From positions 17,608,001-17,672,000 of the forward strand of contig NC_043000.1 of NCBI RefSeq assembly GCF_006345805.1: a DNA stretch of 64,000 nt, read 5' to 3'. Of the stretch, positions 11,265 to 23,859 are shown piece after piece (the first letter of the stretch is position 1; every line of letters begins with the position of its first letter). This stretch comes from Octopus sinensis. Its lineage: Eukaryota. Under the pieces are notes generated by a model that made no database searches, had not been told where the DNA came from, and was given only the letters and a program-made list of their open reading frames with translations. A program made the translations under genes and the position numbers.

Positions 11265-11689
11265 CATAGCCTGAGGCTAACAAAAGCCTTGTGAGTGGTT
11301 TTGGTTGACAGGATCTGAAAGAAGCTCATCATGTGTGTGTGTGTGTGTGTGACAAAAGAGACTGATAGATTAAGTACTAGGCTTACAAAAAATAAGTCTC
11401 CAGGGTTGATTTCCTTGACTAAAAAACCCTTTGGGTGGTGCTCCAGCATGGCCACAGTCAAGTGACTGAAACAAGAAGAAGAATAAAAGAATAAAATAAA
11501 ATAAAAATAGAAGGAAATAAAATAAAGACAATAAAGCAAAAGTTAAAGTACAAAAAGGAATAAAGAGGTTTAATTTTCTATGACAGGTTTACAGATATAA
11601 AAATAGATACATAGATAACATCAACATTGATTTCACCAGTCTGCAGGGGGCATTTTAAGTTGATAGGTAGAGCCCTTCTCCTCTGTGAC

Positions 11690-11900
11690 TAATGAATTTC
11701 TTTCTTCTTGCCCTACTGATGTACTCTGCCCCTCTAATTATCAGCTTCACACCACTCCATTCCTATCTGTTTCTCATATCTCCCAGCAAGCCCTTCTACA
11801 AACCCCCTTTTTTTTTTAATAGACATTCCTTCCTAAAGCTGCTGTCATCTGGAACGCTTACCCTAATTACATCTTACTTATAGAGATTAATCTATAAATA
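11690..11900 (+). mobile_element. Decayed CR1/Jockey-type LINE ORF2 end; related copy about 10270-10830, interrupted by SINE A
   Basis: CATTCCTTCCTAAAGCTGCTGTCATCTGGAACGCTTACC gives a frameshifted HSFL-KAAVIWNA.P motif; homology between the two loci is visible. Confidence 0.45.
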
Positions 11901-12324
11901 TAGATAATTACCCTGTATCATTATCGATATTCATCTTATCAGTCTGTAGGGGGCATTCAAAGCTGAGGGGGTACTGTTCCTGATACCATTTCTTCTGAGA
12001 CCATTCCCCGCTTCTATGATACAAACTTCCTGTTTTAAAGTAATCTAAAACAAAATTCATGTTAATTTATGTTCTAAACATCAGTTTAGCAATGACACAT
12101 TTTATTAAATTCTTCCCTAAATTCTTCCTTAAATTGATTATTTTAAAAATTGATTTTAAAAAAATTGGGCATGGTTGCGTAGTGAGAAATTTACTTGCAA
12201 ACAACCAAATGGTTCCAGCTTCAGTCCCACTGCAAGGCACTTCGGTAAAATGTCTTCTACTATAGCCACGGGCTGACCATTTGTGAGTGGATTTGGTAAA
12301 TGGAAACTGCCAGAAGTATGTTAT

Positions 12325-12405
<81 letters not shown>

Positions 12406-12634
12406 AAGTAAAGTTGTAAGATACCGCACAAGTGGAAATATATATGAAAGAAGGTTGAAAATGCAATTTTAAAGATAAAATTGCATTTTCAAATCTTCTT
12501 TCATATATATATATATATGTAAAATTAAGTATACAACTGAAAGAGCTACTAATAGTTTAATGCTTTTATGATACTTGAATAGGAATATTTATAAAATACA
12601 CCATGTATATTAAAGCAATTTTTCAGGCTCTGTT

Positions 12635-13090
12635 TATGTATGTATGTATGTATGTATGTATGTATGTATGTATGTATGTATGTATGTATGTTTGTATGTA
12701 TGTTTGTATGTATGTGTGTATGTATGTATGTATGTGTGTGTGTGTATGTATGTATGTATGTATGTATGTGTGTATGTATGTATGTGTGTGTGTATGTATG
12801 TATGTGTGTATGTATGTGTGTATGTATGTATGTATGTATGTGTGTATGTATGTGTGTGTATGTATGTATGTATGTGTGTGTATGTATGTATGTATGTGTG
12901 TATGTATGTATGTATGTTTGTATGTATGTATGTTTGTATGTGTGTATGTATGTGTGTATGTATGTATGTATGTATGTATGTATGTATGTGTGTATGTATG
13001 TATGTGTGTATGTGTGTATGTATGTATGTATGTATGTGTGCATATATATATATATAATGTGTGTGTGTGTATATATGTATGTGTGTGTGA
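12635..13090. repeat. (TGTA)n/(TG)n microsatellite
   Basis: Direct reading. Confidence 0.95.
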
Positions 13091-13376
13091 ATGAGTGTGT
13101 ATGTCTTTGTATTTGTGTTGTGTTTGCCCTCCCCCCCCCATCACATGAAAACCATTACTTTTTATTAACATCCCCATAACTTAGCAGATCAACAGAAAAA
13201 AAAAAAGACTGTTAAAATAAGTACTGGGGTATAGGATCTGTTGAAACTAAGCCCTTCAAAAGCAGTGCCCCCAGCATGGCTGCAGTCTGGTGACTGAACC
13301 AAGTTAAAAATAAAAGATGCTAAAGGCAACAGAAGTATAGTAACAAAAGGGTTAAAAAAACAAAAAAAAGATGACA

Positions 13377-13783
13377 GGCGCAGGAGTGGCTGTGTGGTAA
13401 GTAGCTTGCTAATCAATCACATGGTTCCGGGTTCAGTCCCACTGCATGGCATCTTGGGCAAGTGTCTTCTGCTATAGCCCTGGGCCGACCAATGCCTTGT
13501 TAGTGGATTTGGTAGACGGAAACTGAAAGAAGCCTGTCGTATATATGTATATATATATATATATGCCTGTGTGTGTATATGTTTGTGTGTCTGTGTTTGT
13601 CTCCCCTCTAGCATTGCTTGACAACCGATGCTGTGTTTACGTCCCCGTCACTTAGCTGTTCGGCAAAAGAGACCGATAGAATAAGTACTGGGCTTACAAA
13701 GAATAAGTCCCGGGGTCGATTTGCTCAACTAAAGGCGGTGCTCCAGCATGGCTGCAGTCAAATAACTGAAACAAGTAAAAGAG
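13377..13783 (+). mobile_element. SINE family A, full length
   Basis: Complete consensus match. Confidence 0.9.
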
Positions 13784-13835
13784 TGCAAATAATTCCCCCC
13801 CCCCCTTCGTTACTGTATTCATTTTGAGATGCTCT

Positions 13836-14451
13836 GTGTAAATATAACAAAGAATTTAGTAAAATAACTTAGTTATCATTCAGCTACTGCTAGGATCATA
13901 AATTGTGACTAAGGTTTGGTGGTATATTTTAATGAAGGCTTTGCCTTTCATCCTTTCGGGGTCGGTCGATAATTTAAGTACCAGTTTCGCACTGGTGTCA
14001 ATGTAATCGACTTAATACCTTTGTCTGTCCTTGTTTGTCCCCTCTATGTTTTAGCCCCCCGTGGGTAATAAAGAAATAGGTATATTTTAATGAAAAATGC
14101 TGTGTTTCTTTCAGTTAAGTGTAAATATAACAAAGAATTTAGTAAAATAACTTAGTTATCATTCAGCTACTGCTAGGATCATAAATTGTGACTAAGGTTT
14201 GGTGGTATATTTTAATGAAGGCTTTGCCTTTCATCCTTTCGGGGTCAGTCGATAAATTAAGTACCAGTTTCGCACTGGGGTCAATGTAATCGACTTAATA
14301 CCTTTGTCTGTCCTTGTTTGTCCCCTCTATGTTTAGCCCCCTGAGGGTAATAAAGAAATAGGTGTATTTTAATGAGAAACTTATGAAAACAAGACATTTA
14401 TACTACAGAGCCAGAGCCGGTTTTGGGCCGGGTTAGTATCAAAAGGGTTAA
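13836..14451. repeat. Tandem duplication (283-bp period) of a piggyBac-like MITE segment carrying a 5'-truncated SINE B with a 15-bp TSD
   Basis: Units start at 13836 and 14119; GGTATATTTTAATGA flanks the SINE B fragment; MITE end AAAAGGGTTAA at 14441-14451. Confidence 0.8.
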
Positions 14452-14689
14452 GGCTGCTATTACTGCTGCTTGTTATCTTCTTTATGTAAGTCTAGACTTC
14501 TGTAGTGGGAGGCTTACAGCTTAGACAGCTGATGATAGCTCTTTCATAGATGTGCTTCTGGCAAATTGCCTATTTTTATTTAACCCCAGGTCAGCCGTAA
14601 TTCAGGAGGTCAATGATCAAAGGTATCCTAGTCATGGTCATCTGATTTCAATCAGGTATTATATTGTCCATCACCATCTTCATCGTCCA

Positions 14690-15100
14690 TTGATTATCGT
14701 TGTTGTAGTGGTAACCTCCACCATGATCATCATCGTTTTTAGTCGTCGTCTATCCCTCTCCTCCCACCATCATCATCATCATCATCGTCATCACCAGCGT
14801 CAGCACAAAACTTGTCGCAATTGTTACCGACATCACACGTTCGTTGCTGTTTTTACATTATTATAATCATTATCATTACCAGCATCATCACCACCATCAT
14901 CTTCTCCTCGTTATCGTTGTCATTGTTGTTATTGTCATCATCATCATCATCATCTATACTATCACCACCACCATCATCATCGACTTCATTGACATTATCA
15001 TCACCCTCTTCCACCTCCACCTCCTCCTCATCATCATCATCATCATTACTATCACCACCACCATCATCATCGACTTCATTGACATTATCATCACTCATCA
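14690..15100. repeat. Degenerate (CAT/CAC)n tract with an internal duplicated segment (about 14958 and 15048)
   Basis: ACTATCACCACCACCATCATCATCGACTTCATTGACATTATCATCAC occurs twice. Confidence 0.85.
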
Positions 15101-15229
15101 GCAATAACTCTGCTTCCAGGGATATTTTTGGCTGCTATCTTTTCAGCCAGTTCAGTTATCATGGAGAGAGATTCCCTCACTGCTTTCTCAGTATAAGGAA
15201 ATAACGAGGAATTCACTCCTGTTAATTTA

Positions 15230-15960
15230 GATGATGATAATGATGATGAGGATGCCAATGATGAGGATGACTATGATGATGGTGGTGGTGGTGATGATGA
15301 TGGTGGTGGTGGTGGTGGTGGTGGTGGTGGTGATGATGATGATGGTGGTGGTGGTGGTTGTAGTGGTGGTGGTGGTGGTGGTGATGATGATGATGGTGGT
15401 GGTGATGGTGGTGGTGGTGGTGATGATGGTGGTGGTGGTGGTGATGATGACGGTGGTGATGGTGATGATGATGGTGGTGGTGGTGGTGGTGATGATGGTG
15501 GTGGTGGTGGTGGTGATGATGATGATGGTGGTGGTGGTGGTTGTAGTGGTGGTGGTGGTGGTGGTGGTGGTGATGACGGTGGTGATGGTGGTGATGATGA
15601 TGGTAGTGGTTGTAGTGGTGGTGGTGGTGGTGATGATGATGATGGTGGTGGTGGTGGTGGTTGTAGTGGTGGTGGTGGTGATGGTGATGATGGTGGTGGT
15701 GGTGATGATGATGGTGGTGGTGGTGGTGGTTGTAGTGGTGGTGGTGGTGATGGTGATGGTGATGATGGTGGTGGTGGTGATGATGATGATGATGATGGTG
15801 GTGATTGTAGTGGTGGTGGTGGTGGGGATGGTGTTAATGATGGTGGTGATGTTGACAATGTTGATGATGTTGAGTATAGAGATAGTGGTGAATATGATGA
15901 TGCTGGCAATGCTGATGCTGATGCAGATGATGATGATTATGAGGAGGAGGAGGAGGAGGT
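15230..15960. repeat. Long (GGT/GAT)n trinucleotide array
   Basis: Direct reading; recurrent GTTGTAGTGGT variant unit. Confidence 0.95.
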
Positions 15961-16109
15961 GAAAGTAGAAGAGGAGAGGAGGGCGAGTATAGAGATGGTG
16001 GTTGTAGGGTTTTGGCAGTAGTTGTGATGTAGGTGGCAGTGGCTGTGTAGCTGTTGATAAAGTGCTTCTCTGGGTTTACAGCAAACTCACAAGACTATAG
16101 TGCTATCTA

Positions 16110-16150
<41 letters not shown>

Positions 16151-16181
16151 CCTATCTATATATATATATCACATATATATA

Positions 16182-16237
<56 letters not shown>

Positions 16238-16380
16238 TGTGCACTACGTCACAGGTATTGTACAACATATGTATTAGCTGTACATAACACTGCCTATATA
16301 TTGTACTATAATAGATATAATATAGCTATACACTACAGCTCATAGATATTGTACTACATAGCTGTGTACTGAGTACTGAG

Positions 16381-16411
<31 letters not shown>

Positions 16412-16824
16412 CTCTTTTACTCTTTTCTCTTTTACTTGTTTCAGTCATTTGACTGCGGCCATGCTGGAGCACCGCCTTTTTAGTCGAGCAAATCGACCCT
16501 GGGACTTATTCTTTGTAAGCCCAGTACTTATTCTATTGCCAAACCGCTAAGTGACGGGAACGTAAACACACCAGCATCAGTTGTCAAGCGATGCTAGGGG
16601 GACAAACACAGACACACAAACACATACCACACACACAATATATATATATCTACATATATACGACAGGCTTCTTTCAGTTTCCGTCTACCAATCCACTCAC
16701 AAGGCATTGGTCGGCCCGGGGCTATAGCAGAAGAAGACACTTGCCCAAGATGCCACGCAGTGGGACTGAACCCGGAACCATGTGGTTGGTTAGCAAGCTA
16801 CTTATACACAGCCACTCCTGCGCC
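16412..16824 (-). mobile_element. SINE family A, full length
   Basis: Reverse complement of the consensus. Confidence 0.9.
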
Positions 16825-16914
16825 TACTATATATATATATAAATATATATAATATATATATATATATATAATAGATATATATATATATATTATATATATA
16901 TATATATAATATAT

Positions 16915-16945
<31 letters not shown>

Positions 16946-16990
16946 TATATATTATTATATATATATATATAATATATATATATATATATA

Positions 16991-18490
16991 GGCAATCCAC
17001 AAATGTCCTCAGGAAGATGGCCCTGCTCGATCTGTAGAAAAGGTGTAGGTAGAAACTCTATAAGATGTACCCAGTGTAAGCTATGGACACATAAGAGGTG
17101 CAGCAATGTCAAAGGTAGGCTAACTGGGAAGATAGTTTTTATATGTGGCAGATGCTCGGGAGCATTGACCTCCGAAAATCTGCAGAAAACAACTTCCGTC
17201 ACTTTCCAGGGGGAAAAATTAGAAGTAGTTGATAGCTTCCGTTATCTAGGTGACCAAGTCAGTAGTGGGGGTGGGTGCGCTGAGAGTGTAACTGCTAGAA
17301 TAAGAATAGCCTGGGCAAAGTTTAGGGAGCTCTTACCTCTGCTGGTGACTAAAGGCCTCTCGCTCAGAGTAAAGGGCAGACTGTATGATGCATGTGTTCG
17401 AACTGCCATGATACATGGCAGTGAAACATGGGCCATGACTGCTGAGGACATGCGTAAGCTCATGAGGAATGAAGCCAGTATGCTCCGATGGATGTGTAAT
17501 GTCAGTGTACTTACTCGACAGAGTGTTAGTTCCCTAAGAGAAATGTTGTACCTAAGAAGCATCAGTTGTTGCGTGCAAGAGAGACGATTGCGCTGGTATG
17601 GTCATGTGGCGAGAATGGATGAAGATAGGTGCGTGAGAAAGTGCCAATCCCTAGCAGTTGAGGGAACCCGTGGAAGAGGTAGACCCAGGAAAACCTGAGA
17701 CGAGGTGGTGAAGCACGACCTTCGAACGTTAGGTCTCACCATGGAAATGACTAGAGACCGAGAGACCTATGGAAGTATGCTGTGCGTGAGAAGACCGGCA
17801 AGACTAGTGAAGCCATAACCCGTGGCCCCTACCTGGGACGTAGTCAGTCCGCCTGTGCATACCTTCCTGCTTGTGACACTTGTGAAGACCTGTTGAGGCA
17901 AATCAAATCAAAGTCAATCGAATCAAGTCAAAACAAATCAAAATAGATGAACATCAATGGAATTTGTATCCTTGTGGTACCAGTGCCGGTGGCACATAAG
18001 AAAACCATCCGCACGGGACCGTAGCCAGTACCGCATCGACTGGCCTCCGTGCTGTGGGCACGTAACAAACACCGTCCGAGCGTGGCCGTCTGCCAGCCTC
18101 GTCTGGCACCTGTGTCGGTGGCACATAAAAAACCACCATCGAGCGTGGCCGTCTGCCAGCCTCGTCTGGCACCTGTGTTGGTGGCACATAAAAACACCAT
18201 CCGAGCATGGCCGTCTGCCAGCCTCGTCTGGCACCTGTGTCGGTGGCACATAAAAACACCATCCGAGCGTGGCCGTTCGCCAGCCTCGTCTGGCACCTGT
18301 GTCGTGTGGCACATAAAATCACCCACTACACTCTCGGAGTGGTTGGCGTTAGGAAGGGCATCCAGCTGTAGAAACACTGCCAGATCTGACTGGCCTGGTG
18401 CAGCCTTCGGGCTCCCCAGACCCCAGTTGAACCGTCCAACCCATGCTAGCATGGAAAGCGGACGTTAAATGATGATGATGATGATGATGA
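16991..18490 (+). mobile_element. 5'-truncated RTE-clade LINE: RT C-terminal part, long 3' UTR with VNTR, (GAT)n tail; parent of family C ends
   Basis: ORF 17003-17698 followed by an in-frame continuation after TGA (DEVVKHDLRTLGL); ends GCTAGCATGGAAAGCGGACGTTAAA(TGA)n. Confidence 0.9.
17003..17698 (+). pseudogene. RTE ORF2 fragment: PHD-type zinc finger plus RT C-terminus/thumb, premature stop
   Basis: LEVVDSFRYLG, RIRIAWAKF, KGRLYDACVRTAMIHGSETW, RRLRWYGHVARM, RGRGRPRKT*; the stop replaces the conserved W. Confidence 0.9.
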
Positions 18491-18500
18491 TATATATATA

Positions 18501-18905
18501 CTCTTTTACTCTTTTACTTCTTTCAATCATTTGACTGCAGCCATGCTGGAGCACCACCTTTAGTCGAGCAATTCGACCCCAGTACTTATTCTTTGTAAGT
18601 AAGCCTAATACTTATTCTATCGGTCTCTTTTGCCGAACCACTAAGTTACGGGGATGTAAACACACCAGCATTGGCTTTCAAGCGATGTTGGGGGGACAAA
18701 CACAGACACACAAACATACACACACATATATATACATACATACGACGGGCTTCTTTCAGTTTCCATCTACTAAATCCACTCACAAGGCTTTGGTCGGCCC
18801 GAGGCTATAGTAGAAGACACTTGCCCAAAGTGCTACGCAGTGGGACTGAACCTGGAACCATGTGGTTGGTAAGCAAACTACTTACCACACAGCCACTCCT
18901 GCGCC
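18501..18905 (-). mobile_element. SINE family A, full length
   Basis: Reverse complement of the consensus. Confidence 0.9.
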
Positions 18906-19102
18906 TATATATATATATATATATATGTACACTATAGCACATAAAAATTGTACTATATACTTGTACTCTACAGTACATAGATATTGCGCTTATAACTCTA
19001 CATTGCAACTATTTATCTGTCTCTCTGTGAGTCCCTCCCACCCTCTATCTGTGTGTGAATATATATATATGTGTGTGTGTGTGTGTATGCATGTGTGTGT
19101 GA

Positions 19103-19134
<32 letters not shown>

Positions 19135-19164
19135 ATGTATATGTACGTTTTTGCCATGATAGAT

Positions 19165-19345
19165 CACTAGCCACAACACATTCTTTATTTTCTCTCCTTG
19201 TTTCTTTCTGTGTTCCTTTCTGTGGAAGAGCGTAGGCTCAAAATGTTAAAGACTTTTTCACTCCCCGAGCGTTAAAGTAATACATCTGTTTGTTGTCTAC
19301 ACCACCTGTCTTTGTCTTTTGTTTTTTTTGTGAATCCTCCCTATA
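19165..19345 (+). mobile_element. Family P1 pLTR remnant with degenerate hammerhead motif
   Basis: CTGTGGA-A-GAGCGTAGGCTC-AAAATGTTAAAG. Confidence 0.6.
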
Positions 19346-19400
19346 TGTATGCATGTATGTATGTATGTATGTATGTATGTATGTATGTATACACACACAT

Positions 19401-19444
<44 letters not shown>

Positions 19445-19545
19445 GTAACAATTTTGTATACGAGATAAAATACCCTTTTTATCTACTGTACAATTATCTG
19501 AAACATATGTATTTTAATGCATTCAGTAAATCATTATTTGTTTGA

Positions 19546-19548
<3 letters not shown>

Positions 19549-19578
<30 letters not shown>

Positions 19579-19710
19579 TATTTAATGTCTCTTGTCCATG
19601 CTGGCATGGGTTGGGCAGTTTGACCAGAGCTGGCAAGCTGAAGGGGCTGCACCAGACTCCAGTCTGATTTGGCATGGTTTCTATGGCTGGGTGCTTTTAT
19701 GTGGCACTGC
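19549..19710 (-). mobile_element. RTE 3' end (family C), diverged
   Basis: (CAT)n plus tail homology. Confidence 0.75.
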
Positions 19711-19717
19711 ACAAGCA

Positions 19718-20533
19718 CATAGAAAAACGCCCCCTGTCCAATGGACGGTGCTGAGTTGTCAAACATTTAAACCAAATTTTCTCAAAACAACTTGTCCAAC
19801 CGTCCCATAGGCCTCCCCTTTGAGAAACACTGATTTAACCTAAATTTGAGACACCAGCAAAAGAAGAAATAAAGATAGACTTTTTTTATTCCAAAGAAAA
19901 ACGATTTTATTCACACAAATATGCAACCGAAGAGTTTAAAGTACGAGTAATGATAAGGCTGTTGGCTGGGAGAACACAAATATGGTTTAAACAGTAAGCT
20001 TGGCAGGAAAAAAATGTGCCTTTAAGCAGTACAAAAAGAACAAAAAATGGAAGGTGCGGTTATGTACAGGTTGACGGAAGAAAAGCAGGACAAAAACGAT
20101 GCATGCAAATGGGTTAGCTGGAGGTATATCTAGATGGAAAAGCATGATGAATTTATGAGAACGTACCTGGGACAATAATAAGTTTATCCGATGAAACATG
20201 TAGGAAATCAACTTGGGGCGATTTTTGATGAAAAGGAACAACCTAGGGAACTAAGTAACTAATTTTGAGCTAACTTACTTTACAGGATGTTCAAGGGCAT
20301 GGAAAAGCTAGTGGCAACAGCTGATGTACTTACATGTACAAATGCACGTTCCCACGGCTTTATCGATCGCATTCTCACCTGGAATTGATTTTTGTAATTT
20401 TTTCAAGACTCATACACGCCCTGATACTGTCGGTATCTACATATCAAATTTGAGCGCAATCGGATGGAGGATGCCCGAGATCCTAGAAGACACACACACA
20501 GACAGAGAGACAGAATGGATTTCATATAATAGA
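19718..20533 (-). mobile_element. Probable non-autonomous Helitron
   Basis: Minus strand begins A|TCTATTATATG, then (CTGT) repeats; 3' end has hairpin GTCC-ATT-GGAC followed by a degraded CTAG; a similar 3' end occurs at about 28960-28990. Confidence 0.55.
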
Positions 20534-20944
20534 TAATTGTATATATATATATCAGCCGAAATTGCGAAGATGATCCGGTTCTTGACTGAAGATCGAAGGC
20601 TTCGAATGACCCGTCTGTTTTTTTGTATCGTCTTCTAAATGTTTTGCGTTCTTGTCCCAGTTTGTGTTTTTTTACATTTATCCTATATATTATATATATT
20701 TATATATATATATTTATATATATATAATAGATTTTTTGAGTTTCAATTTTTACATTCTGCCATAAATGTAGATTTCTATCTGCTTAATCTCTTTTTGTTA
20801 TCATATCTCTTTTGAAACACACTTTGCTTAATTAATTTAGAAAATAATGAAGAATTTTGGTGAAATAATTTTGTCATTATTGAGCTGGCGTTTGGAACAT
20901 AAACTGACATGATATTTCGATGGAAGGTTTTGATTTAGATCACT

Positions 20945-21174
20945 TTAATCCTTTAGCATTCAAACCGGTTATATCCGGCCAAAAGTATTCTGCCTGTTTT
21001 ATGTTCAAACTGGCCAGATCTGGTCTCTCACACCAACCCTACAATATCGCTTTAAAAATTAACAGCTACCTCATCAAAATCTCATGGCTACAAGATTAAT
21101 GCATGATTAGTTCAAAACAATTTGGATAAAAAAGCATTGATTTTGGTAGAATAATGCAAACACTAAAGGGTTAA
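20945..21174 (+). mobile_element. piggyBac-like MITE, about 222 bp
   Basis: TTAA-TCCTTTAG...CTAAAGGG-TTAA (TTAA TSD, short TIR). Confidence 0.8.
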
Positions 21175-21897
21175 GACATGAAATTTGTATCCTGCAACCA
21201 AGGGCTGTTTTGAAGGAGGATAATATCAAAAGAATTAAGTGGCATGTTAAATTCAATGTGTTTAAACATCACTTGTTCATTTCTAAAAGTTTGTAATTAC
21301 AGTTTGAAATGGTACAGTAATTCATACAAATTAACAGTTTTTAATTACAACATTAATTGTAATAAAGTGCTGTAGAAGAAGCACCATACATATGTTCTGG
21401 AATTAAATTTCCTTCTGTACTACATGGGAAGTTTGAAAGAAAATGTTGGCAGTTTTAAAAATAGCTGAAATCATCATATGTATATTGGCAGGAAAAGGTA
21501 CAGCAATTTAACATTTCATTCAACTTAGGCATGTCTTATATTAAGACCAGTTGAATTGGTTTTGTTTAAAGAGATGTGAGCAGCTTGTTTCTCTTGTGTT
21601 TTGTTGGGACAAGAGAGTAAAAGTTTTGAATTCCTCTTTAAATAATCAGTGCCTGGCTGAAAGGTACTGTTTTTTGATTGTGTCAATAAATTTGTGAAAA
21701 ACAGTGAACAACCTTTTTCACTCGTTTATTGGTGATGAAACAGGCCCGCTTCTATTCTTACAGATTGTAGAGAAACAGCAATTGAAAAGTATATAAAAGC
21801 AAAAGGTATCACAATTAGAACAGTGATGCAAATGTACTCAGAAGTGTGAATTTTCTGATGGTAGACCTGCAAAGAAACTGATAGAAGCATATCACAA

Positions 21898-22295
21898 GGC
21901 GGCAATCTGGCAGAAACGTTAGTACTCCGGGTGAAATGTGTAGCCGTATTTCGTCTGCTGTTACGTTCTGAGTTCAAATTCCACCAAGGTCGACTTTGCC
22001 TTTCATCCTTTCGGGGTCGATTAAATAAGTACCAGTTACACACTGGGGTCGATATAATCAACTTAATCCATTTGTCCTCTCTGTGTTTAGCCCCTTGTGG
22101 GTAGTAAAGAAATAGGTATTTCGTCTGCCGTTACGTTCTGAGTTCAAATTCCACCGGGGTTGACTTTGCCTTTCATCCTTACAGGATCGATAAATTAAGT
22201 ACCAGTTATGCACTGGAGTCAATGTAATCGACTTAATCCCTTTGTCTGTCCTTGTTTGTCCCCTCTATGTTTAGCCCCTTGTGGGTAATAAAGAA
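21898..22295 (+). mobile_element. SINE family B full copy (21898-22114) followed by a 5'-truncated second copy
   Basis: Consensus match twice in tandem. Confidence 0.85.
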
Positions 22296-22990
22296 GTAAG
22301 AAGCATATCTTGTATGCATGTTTAAGAGGTAAGTAGGTCTGCTGGGTTTGCATGATGTCTGCATGACATATGCATGAGAGACAAGTAGGTCTCTGCACAT
22401 GAGATGCATGTGCATCTGCATATGTATTCATATCACTTCATAAAAGTGAGTCTGTAGAAAGAGAATAAGCAATGGCATTAGTGTTTAACTATACCAGCAA
22501 ATATTAATTATTGTTCTTTAGCTATCACGCGTTTCCTTATGAGAACTGAACTAGTTACTAAAGGTGAAATAGTCTGCTGTAGAGTTCTGTTCTGTAAACT
22601 GCAACTGTGAAAGATAATGAGTTGAAAACAGTGTTAAGGCCACATGTGTTCTTGGTTTGACTCACAATGTTATTTGCAGAAGGTGATCTGAGCTGATCCA
22701 AGAAAAAGTGAATGACTAAACTTCCCCTGATTGCACATAGGTCACTACACTATTCCTCTATCTGTACACTAAATGATATTACTATCATCTTCTATATTCC
22801 TGTATAGCTGTACACTATGCTACATAGATATCGAACCATCTATAGCTGTCTATATATTTATGCAATACACTATATAGCTGTTAAACTATATACATTACAC
22901 CACAGTATATGACATCAATATTTTACCATCTATAAAAATTTACACTATACTATATAGATATTATACCATTTGTATATTTGTACACTATAT

Positions 22991-23185
22991 CATCATCATC
23001 ATCATCATTTGACATCCATGTTCCATGTGAGTGTAGGTTGGCTGGTTTGACACGATCCAATGGGCTCAAGAACTGTATTGTGGTCCAATGTCTATTTTGA
23101 CATGATTTCTACAGCTGGATGCCCTTCCTAATGCCAACCACTTTGCAGCATGTACTGGGTGCTTTTTTGTGTTACCAGCACCATT
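22991..23185 (-). mobile_element. RTE 3' end (family C), diverged
   Basis: CTACAGCTGGATGCCCTTCCTAATGCCAACCAC. Confidence 0.7.
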
Positions 23186-23662
23186 GAGGACACTATGCGT
23201 CTCGCAAGACCACAAACCCCAAAAGAGGAGTTGGTTCAGCTTTATGCTAAGGTATAAAGGGTTAAAGTATGAGAGAAGTAGATGGGTGGAAGACAGAGTA
23301 GATTCTTGTAGAAAAGCTGCATGCTTACTCACATTCAGTAGGGGGAGGGAGAAAATGATCAGTAGGAGTTGCAAAGAGATAATGGAGATGAGGTATCCAG
23401 GTGGCTCATCAAGGTATGAGGTGTGTAGCAGTGGATGAGCAAGAGAATTTCTATCAGTCTAGGTGTACACTCCTATTTATATCTGCACACTATATTATGT
23501 AGATATTGCACTCTACACCTATATAGCGTAACACCTATATATGTATATATATATATATAAATAAATAAATGGAGTTTAACGCAGGTGTAGTTCAAATACT
23601 TTTACTTCCGACACATGTTTCGAAGATATCACTGATATTATTCCAAAGGGAAAAATACACAC

Positions 23663-23693
<31 letters not shown>

Positions 23694-23859
23694 AAACACA
23701 GTTATTTTATTCTACAAGACAGCTGCGACATAAACCACATCTTTCTATTTCTATTTGAACTTTTTGAAAATCTGTGTAAACTGTGAAACCGGTTAACGCT
23801 TTAAATATATTAATAAAAAATATTTTAACTACTCTCAGTGCATTTTCTAATTCTGTTTT

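Noticed and set aside
15231-15962. Poly-Val/Met ORF and antisense extensin-like poly-Pro ORF
   Set aside because: Pure trinucleotide array with no supporting start, splice or domain context
20585-20620. CTGAAGA followed by hairpin TCGAA-GGC-TTCGA
   Set aside because: No correctly placed GAAA, stem III or stem I
21764-21805. 42-bp AG/GT-bounded symmetric micro-exon (CRETAIEKYIKAK)
   Set aside because: Too short to distinguish from chance; no partner exons recognised
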